Origin: Candidatus Thorarchaeota archaeon
GTDB taxonomy: Archaea > Asgardarchaeota > Thorarchaeia > Thorarchaeales > Thorarchaeaceae
Length of the DNA stretch: 13,531 nt
Direction of reading: 5' to 3'
Assembly: GCA_016840855.1 (NCBI GenBank)
Contig: JAEORO010000174.1
Coordinates: forward strand, 1 to 13,531
In this document: piece after piece, positions 8,219 to 13,531 of the stretch
How the letters are laid out: each line of letters starts with the position of its first letter
How positions within the stretch are numbered: the stretch's first letter is position 1
Translations under genes and position numbers: made by a program
The notes under the pieces: generated by a model
Told to the model about the DNA's origin: nothing
Database searches by the model: none
Seen by the model: the letters and a program-made list of their open reading frames with translations, nothing else

Positions 8219-8551
8219 ATGGTGGTAACTGTGAGTGACTCTTTATACACGAGTAAAGAAGAGAAAGTCTTTCAGTCACAACCTCGTTTTTCTATCATGT
8301 ACCTTCTCTTCCTGAAACAGAGAGTCGGATTCATTGATTTGGCGAAGCTTCTAGGTCTTACACCTGGAAATCTGGATCACCACATCCGAAAGCTAGAGGA
8401 GACCGGGCTTGTTAGGAGTCGTCGAATAATGTCATGGAAACCTCTTGTGGTTATTGAGATTACACATTTGGGCAAGGAAACCTTTCGAGGATATGTCTTC
8501 AAGTTGAAGGAACTCCTCAGAGATATTCCAGAGAGGTTACTCCATGAGTAG
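8219..8551 (+). CDS. Winged-helix transcriptional regulator (ArsR/HTH_34-like)
   Basis: FQSQPRFSIMYLL, FIDLAKLLGLTPGNLDHHIRKLEETGLV, ITHLGKETFRGY. The start is ATG 8219 or GTG 8231 (GGTGG SD at 8221-8225), probably not 8183. Confidence 0.9.
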   Translation: MVVTVSDSLYTSKEEKVFQSQPRFSIMYLLFLKQRVGFIDLAKLLGLTPGNLDHHIRKLEETGLVRSRRIMSWKPLVVIEITHLGKETFRGYVFKLKELLRDIPERLLHE

Positions 8552-8634
8552 ACAGAATTTAATGAGCGATAGGCTTCTCTCGATTTTCTTCATTGTTTCG
8601 TTGCACAGCTGGTTGAATTCACAAATTGGCTCTT

Positions 8635-8868
8635 TTAGTTGATTTTTACTTCTGTTGCGATTGGGAACCTAGAATCATCTGACTCTTCAAATGCCACAGT
8701 CACATCTGATCCCATTTTCAGATTCTGAAACTCAGTAGCATCATTGATTTTGAGTTCAATCTTCTCATTTTCCGAAGTTCTAATTGTTATGATACCATAT
8801 GTTTCTCCAGTTGCTGGAATCTTGCCAATCTGTGTAAATATGATTTTCCCAGTTTTGGACTCAGTCAC
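8635..8868 (-). CDS. Small all-beta protein, OB-fold-like (77 aa)
   Basis: Strong GAGGTGA SD inside the upstream gene and a GTGA start/stop overlap. Pattern GKI..ITIRT..IELKINDATEF..LKMGSDVTVAFE..IATEVKI resembles OB-fold/DUF5666-type repeats. Confidence 0.7.
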   Translation of the reverse strand: MTESKTGKIIFTQIGKIPATGETYGIITIRTSENEKIELKINDATEFQNLKMGSDVTVAFEESDDSRFPIATEVKIN

Positions 8869-10214
8869 ATCTTCTCACCTCTGGAAGTTTCTTTGGTACG
8901 TGCCATCCATGATAGGTTCTCTAGTTCTCCAAACTGTTCAACAAAGATACGATAATAGAACAATTCTTCCTTTGTTTTCATTGTCCAGCCATTAGGCAAT
9001 TTCTTCTCATTCTTGAACATTCTATCTGAGATGCTGGTCTCAATAAGATTAACAATTTCTTTTCCTACTATCGCTTGTATATTGCGCGACTTTGTTTGCA
9101 TCAAAACTTCATCAGGTAAGAAATCTCTCATTGCTTCTCGGAGTATCCACTTACTCTTTCCTTTATACACTTTATATCTCGCTGGTATTCTCAATGCAAG
9201 CTTTACAACATTTGGCGTGAGAAACACCAGAAGCGGAGTCAACCCATATGCAGCCATACACCTGTCTATTCGCTGTAGGGTTGTATTGTGAAGTTTACCA
9301 GTCAAATTAACTATCTCATTTGCTATTGCCTCATGGTTCATCGACTCGATGTACCTGTATCCACCAAAAAGCTCGTTTGCGCCATCACTAAGAAGTAAAT
9401 TATCTACCTCTTTCGCAGCTTCTCGAGCTACAAGGAAGTTCACTAAACTTGCACGAACAAGTGGTACATCAAACGACTCGAGATGGTAAATAACCTCTGG
9501 AATCACCTCAGCAAGCTCATCTTGTGAAATAAGCAATTCACTATGATTGGATTTGATTAGTTTAGCAACTCGTTGTGTCACATCTAGATCAGACTCTTTG
9601 AATCCGATTGAGAAAGTACGTAAATCCTCTGCATATTTTCCAGCAATTGAAGAGATGATACTAGAATTTAGATCACCAGTGAGCCAAGCACCTACTGAAC
9701 TCTTATCTCTAATATTCGATTCAACTGAATCAACAATTGCATCTCGTAGTTCCATCGCTATCTCTTCGACTCCCCAATCAACTGGTTGTTTCAGCTCAAT
9801 AGTCCCATAGTTTCTGATTCTCTCTCCATCAAAATATGATGCGGGACTAAGTTCATTAATCTCATTTGTGATTGGAAGAAGAGCTTTGACTTCAGATGCG
9901 AAACATAGGCTTCCATCTGCGGTCTTTCCATAATATAATGGCACAACACCGATTTCATCTCTCAGAAATGTCAGGTTTCCATTTTTCATCTCTACCCTTA
10001 CAAAATGCCCTTTAGCAGATGTATCGCTAACATAACCACTCTCTCGCATCTTGTGAACTAGTTCCTCTTCTGATTTAGACCAAACAACTCCTAGAGTAGC
10101 AGTTTCCCTCTCATAAACCTCCATTCTATCAGAGTCAAGATATTGGAGACGTCTTAGCATGTTTTCTACTCCCTTTGACGCTCTTGGTTTTCCTACTCCA
10201 GCGATTCTAGTCAA
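8865..10214 (-). CDS. Asparagine synthetase B-like protein with degenerate catalytic motifs
   Basis: RDEIGVVPLYYG, FASEVKAL, HLESFDVPLVRAS, ELFGGY, KWILREAM..LP, TKEELFYYRIF. Lacks the N-terminal Cys and canonical SGGLDS. TTG start with GGAG SD at 10227-10224. Confidence 0.88.
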   Translation of the reverse strand: MTRIAGVGKPRASKGVENMLRRLQYLDSDRMEVYERETATLGVVWSKSEEELVHKMRESGYVSDTSAKGHFVRVEMKNGNLTFLRDEIGVVPLYYGKTADGSLCFASEVKALLPITNEINELSPASYFDGERIRNYGTIELKQPVDWGVEEIAMELRDAIVDSVESNIRDKSSVGAWLTGDLNSSIISSIAGKYAEDLRTFSIGFKESDLDVTQRVAKLIKSNHSELLISQDELAEVIPEVIYHLESFDVPLVRASLVNFLVAREAAKEVDNLLLSDGANELFGGYRYIESMNHEAIANEIVNLTGKLHNTTLQRIDRCMAAYGLTPLLVFLTPNVVKLALRIPARYKVYKGKSKWILREAMRDFLPDEVLMQTKSRNIQAIVGKEIVNLIETSISDRMFKNEKKLPNGWTMKTKEELFYYRIFVEQFGELENLSWMARTKETSRGEKM

Positions 10215-10374
10215 AATATCGTTCTCCGCGAAGGACTCATGTATCGTTATGAAGTCCCTTTATTCCAACAATACTTTACAATGACTGTTGGGTTTTCAAC
10301 TACTATTTCTGAGGTAATCATATTAGTTTTTGGGAACCATACTCTCTTTTGAAAGAAAAAGAGTGATATCATTG

Positions 10375-10414
10375 CTCTAATAATTTTTTAAGGGTATATT
10401 AGAGGGTTTATAAA
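10375..10414 (+). promoter_or_regulatory. Inverted repeat followed by TATA box of the YkgJ-family gene
   Basis: CTCTAATA (10375-10382), 14-nt spacer, TATTAGAG (10397-10404), then TTTATAAA at 10407-10414. Confidence 0.55.
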
Positions 10415-10447
10415 AATATCCAATCTGGGAATATTCAAGATTACATA

Positions 10448-10945
10448 TTGATACCACGGAAGTTTATTCACTTGATTAATGATGAATCAATTGCGAAAAC
10501 TGAAACAAATTCTAAGGACATCTGCTTTAAGTGTGAGGCCTATTGTTGCAAGTTTGGAGGGGTTATTGCAACAAAAAATGAAGTTGACGCCATTATTGCA
10601 CGGGGTTATACTAATCACTTTTTCCTACTTTCTGATGATGTCTATGGCATCGATTGGGGTGATGATGGAACATGTGTTTATCTCGAGGATGATGTGTGTG
10701 TAATCTATCCGGTACGCCCCCTAGGATGCAGGATGTTTCCTGTTGTGCAAACTAGAAGCAATGAAATTATACTGATTGAATGCCCAGTTAGTTCTCATCT
10801 CTCTGAAGAAGAACTGATCAAACGAAAAAGAATATTGAAACAACGTCCTATGTATATTGTCAGAGGGGCTGAAAACCTTCGTGAGGAACACATCAAAGAG
10901 CTTCAGATTCGAGCTAGCAAATATGGCCATCAGAAATTGTCATGA
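10448..10945 (+). CDS. YkgJ/FliB family cysteine-cluster (CxxCxxCC) metal-binding protein
   Basis: CFKCEAYCC, GTCVYL, CVIYPVRPLGCRMFP. Start uncertain (TTG 10448 or TTG 10472). Confidence 0.9.
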   Translation: MIPRKFIHLINDESIAKTETNSKDICFKCEAYCCKFGGVIATKNEVDAIIARGYTNHFFLLSDDVYGIDWGDDGTCVYLEDDVCVIYPVRPLGCRMFPVVQTRSNEIILIECPVSSHLSEEELIKRKRILKQRPMYIVRGAENLREEHIKELQIRASKYGHQKLS

Positions 10946-11055
10946 AAAAATCGCAATTTCCGTAAAGTCTTTTTAATTGATTAAGAAATCTTTTCAAAAG
11001 CGATGGTAGGGGAAAAGACTCTACAATGAATGCCTGTATCCAGATAATAAGATAG

Positions 11056-11595
11056 TTAGAATTTGACTAGCAGTAAATCCTTCTCGATTTTCTTCACTCT
11101 CTCGTTGAACCGCTGGTTAAACTCGGACAACAGATCAATGTAACTAGCGAACCATGCAGAGATGACCGTGACCACCTCTTTCAGCTTCACCCCATCAGCA
11201 CTTTCTTTGATGTCCTTTGGGAGTGTCTGCCATGCTGCAAGAATGTGATCTATCACCTCCAATTTGCTTTTAATGAATTTCTCCGCAGCTTCCATTCCCG
11301 ACCTAAAACCATCAAGAAATGGAATCGTTTCTCCTCCATATAGTTGAGTCCTAGAACCAGGCATGGACTCTCTTGTTATCATCTGGCGTTGTTCTAAATT
11401 GGCAAGATAACGTGATATTTGACTCCTTGAGTATCCTGTAGTCTTAGCTATCTGTTCCTGAGTTAGTGGTTCTGGAGAGAGAACTATCATTGCATAAATC
11501 CTGGCAATCATAGGGTCGTTGCCGCGGAACTTCACTATTTCCTCAAGAATTCCGATGAAGGATGCCCTGATTTGATTCAATTTATCATCAGTCAA
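11056..11595 (-). CDS. GbsR/MarR-like winged-helix transcriptional regulator
   Basis: ARIYAMIVLSPEPLTQEQIAKTTGYSRSQISRYLANL...PGSRTQLY followed by a helical/coiled C-terminus. TTG start preceded by GAGTGG. Confidence 0.87.
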   Translation of the reverse strand: MTDDKLNQIRASFIGILEEIVKFRGNDPMIARIYAMIVLSPEPLTQEQIAKTTGYSRSQISRYLANLEQRQMITRESMPGSRTQLYGGETIPFLDGFRSGMEAAEKFIKSKLEVIDHILAAWQTLPKDIKESADGVKLKEVVTVISAWFASYIDLLSEFNQRFNERVKKIEKDLLLVKF

Positions 11596-11650
11596 GTTTT
11601 AACCACTCTCGAGAATTCTCATATTTTGCATAATTTGCATAGTAATGAAA

Positions 11651-11660
11651 ATTTATAAAT
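11651..11660. promoter_or_regulatory. Palindromic, potentially bidirectional TATA box
   Basis: ATTTATAAAT is a perfect palindrome preceded by GAAA (BRE-like), 21 nt before the hydrolase ATG. Confidence 0.65.
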
Positions 11661-11681
11661 ATTCGGATTTGTATTATTATT

Positions 11682-12632
11682 ATGCACGCATTCGAAGAGA
11701 AACGATTCAATACTGGTGAAATTGAAATCAACTATGTTGTGGGATCGAACAACGGTCCTCCTCTTGTTCTTATTCCTGGTCAAGGGGCTACTTGGGAAAA
11801 TTATGAAAAGGTCATACCCATACTCTCTGAGAAGTACCATGTCTATGCTGTAGACGTCCGAGGACATGGAAAGTCTGATTGGACTTCAGGTGATTACTCG
11901 TTCTCATCGATTGGCAGAGATATGACAGCATTTCTAAAGTCTGTAGTTCAAGAACCAGCGGTCATCTCCGGTAACTCCTCTGGCGGACTTATCGCACTCT
12001 GGCTGGCTGCGAATGTACCGAGTCTTGTCAAAGGAATCATTATGGAGGATGCGCCATTATTCTCAGCAGATTGGCCTAGGATTAAAGAAGACAGCCATGT
12101 TTACATGGTGTTACAAGTCACTGTAGAAATGAGCAAAGTACTATATGAGTCTAGAAGCATCTCAAGACTAGCACGAACATTCATGAAAGTCAAGCGACCT
12201 TTGCCAAATGGGAAGGTAAGTTCTGTTCCTAGGTCTGCTGCGTACTTCATCTCCTTTCTTATTCGTCTGTCCCAGAAGTTTCGTTCAGGCAAACCCTCCT
12301 TACCCGGCAAGCTTGGTATAATTGTTGATGTATTGGTCAATTTCGATGCAGACTTCTCACAGGCTTGGGTTGATGGTCGTATATACGAGGGTCTAGATCA
12401 CGCTGCGGCATTGAAACAGGCTACATGTCCAATGTTGCTTCTGCATGCAAACTGGGTACGACATCCTGACTATGGTCTCTCTGGTGCTATGGACGATGAT
12501 GATGCCGCAAAAGCAAGGGAGCTAGCACCCGGTTTGATATACAAACGGATTGATTCTGAACATGTTATTCACAATCACAAGACTGACCAGTTTATCGCTG
12601 CAGTTGATGAGTTCATGGCAGATTTGGATTGA
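11682..12632 (+). CDS. Alpha/beta fold hydrolase
   Basis: GPPLVLIPGQ oxyanion region, VDVRGHGKSD, nucleophile elbow GNSSGG, MEDAP, C-terminal SEHVIH catalytic His. Confidence 0.93.
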   Translation: MHAFEEKRFNTGEIEINYVVGSNNGPPLVLIPGQGATWENYEKVIPILSEKYHVYAVDVRGHGKSDWTSGDYSFSSIGRDMTAFLKSVVQEPAVISGNSSGGLIALWLAANVPSLVKGIIMEDAPLFSADWPRIKEDSHVYMVLQVTVEMSKVLYESRSISRLARTFMKVKRPLPNGKVSSVPRSAAYFISFLIRLSQKFRSGKPSLPGKLGIIVDVLVNFDADFSQAWVDGRIYEGLDHAAALKQATCPMLLLHANWVRHPDYGLSGAMDDDDAAKARELAPGLIYKRIDSEHVIHNHKTDQFIAAVDEFMADLD

Positions 12633-12800
12633 AGCAGTCCGTTCCACCAATTCTCAATCAAATCATGTGTTAAACGTAGTGAACTCTAAAGTCAATGCTT
12701 ACCTAACGAAAAGCCTTGTTAGATTATGGATGAATTCTTCTAGAAAATTAAATGCTGCTTTATTAGCTATATTAATCTGAAGTGCAAATAGCTTCAAAGT

Positions 12801-13531
12801 ATGAAAGAAAGAAGGAACTTCCTACGTTTTTTTAATGCTGAAGAATACGAGAAAGTGGTCCCAGAATCTGATGAACGGAAGAAAATCCCTCCTCCGCTTT
12901 TTCAGCAACCATATCCTAAAGACGCTCCTCTTATCGATTTAATCTCTCCTGATGATTTTTCAATTGGTCAAACACCCTTTCTCGATATTGTAAACAAAAG
13001 AAAAAGCAGAAGAAAATATACGAGAGACCCTCTCACTTTGGAGGAATTGTCTTTTCTGCTCTGGAGTACGCAAGGAGTAAAACAAGTTCTAAAATCAGGG
13101 CTTGGGGTTAAACGTACTGTTCCTTCTGCTGGTGCCAAAAGTCCTCTTGAAACATATCTAGTTGTCAACAATGTCGAAGGCCTTGAACCTGGCCTCTATC
13201 GGTATATCTCCTTTAGCCATCAATTATTGTTCATCAAACACATCGATGATGCTGAAGAAAAGATGGGTGAACTAGCATTCAACCAAAAGTTCGTGGGGAC
13301 TGCACCTGTTATTTTCTGCTGGACTGCAGTTCCTTATCGAACTGAGTGGAGGTATACCATTCTTTCTCACAAATTCATCGCTATTGACTTAGGGACTGCA
13401 TGTCAGAATCTCTACTTGTCTTGCGAAGCAATCAATCTAGGAACAGTAGCTATAGGCTACTATGAGCAAAACAGATTGGATGAATTACTTGGCTTAGATC
13501 CGGATGAGGAATTTGTTGTATTAGTAGCACC
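12801..13531 (+). CDS. SagB/ThcOx family dehydrogenase (FMN nitroreductase fold), truncated at window end; absent from ORF track
   Basis: Manual translation from ATG 12801 stays open to the window end: RKSRRKY, LTLEELSFLLWSTQGV, RTVPSAGAKSPLETYL, GLEPGLYRY, PYRTEWRY, DLGTACQNLYLSCEA, LLGLDPDEEF. In-frame TAG at 12789-12791 fixes the start. Confidence 0.92.
   Translation, partial: MKERRNFLRFFNAEEYEKVVPESDERKKIPPPLFQQPYPKDAPLIDLISPDDFSIGQTPFLDIVNKRKSRRKYTRDPLTLEELSFLLWSTQGVKQVLKSGLGVKRTVPSAGAKSPLETYLVVNNVEGLEPGLYRYISFSHQLLFIKHIDDAEEKMGELAFNQKFVGTAPVIFCWTAVPYRTEWRYTILSHKFIAIDLGTACQNLYLSCEAINLGTVAIGYYEQNRLDELLGLDPDEEFVVLVA

Noticed and set aside
8183-8231. Amber read-through fusing the membrane protein to the wHTH regulator
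   Set aside because: The two genes are in different frames and the regulator has its own SD and start.
12630-12725. TGA read-through (selenocysteine) of the hydrolase with nearby hairpin CTAAC...GTTAG
   Set aside because: The hydrolase fold is complete before the TGA, the extension is only 18 codons, and the hairpin lacks a convincing SECIS core.
12550-12780. 76-aa ORF between hydrolase and SagB-like gene, considered as a RiPP precursor
   Set aside because: Starts 83 bp inside the hydrolase, has no SD, and lacks a Cys/Ser/Thr/Gly-rich core or leader motif.
229-13171. Short antisense or nested ORFs in the track (229..426, 897..1157, 1175..1423, 1676..1873, 2479..2715, 3111..3353, 3115..3330, 5372..5674, 6493..6747, 7625..8008, 8744..8995, 9013..9291, 9547..9810, 10479..10703, 10721..10930, 11619..11867, 12101..12340, 12968..13171)
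   Set aside because: All overlap better-supported genes on the opposite strand or in another frame and show no recognisable motifs.

Overview
Gene-dense window with 16 complete and 2 truncated CDSs; I found no RNA genes, CRISPR array or mobile element. It looks archaeal: GGTGA/GAGGTGA Shine-Dalgarno motifs and TTTATAAA-type TATA boxes lie 20-60 nt before starts. By inference it is Asgard/Thorarchaeota-like. Gene order: ABC-permease-like 3' end, hypothetical protein, GT4 glycosyltransferase, TetR divergent from an amidohydrolase_2 gene, membrane protein, cyclase family, ATC-hydrolase family, 4-OT-like tautomerase, two membrane proteins plus a wHTH regulator, small OB-fold-like protein coupled to an asparagine-synthetase-like protein, YkgJ Cys-cluster protein, GbsR/MarR regulator divergent from an alpha/beta hydrolase, and a truncated SagB/ThcOx nitroreductase-family gene missing from the ORF track. 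The most notable signals are (1) an intact AsnB-like gene with both active sites apparently eroded and a coupled small partner, (2) clear palindromic operator candidates in four divergent intergenic regions, (3) several enzymes with non-canonical catalytic motifs, (4) a shared membrane domain in two unannotated genes, and (5) TAG-dominated stop codons. The sequence alone does not demonstrate a single coherent novel multi-gene system. All family calls come from motif recognition by eye, not from database searches.
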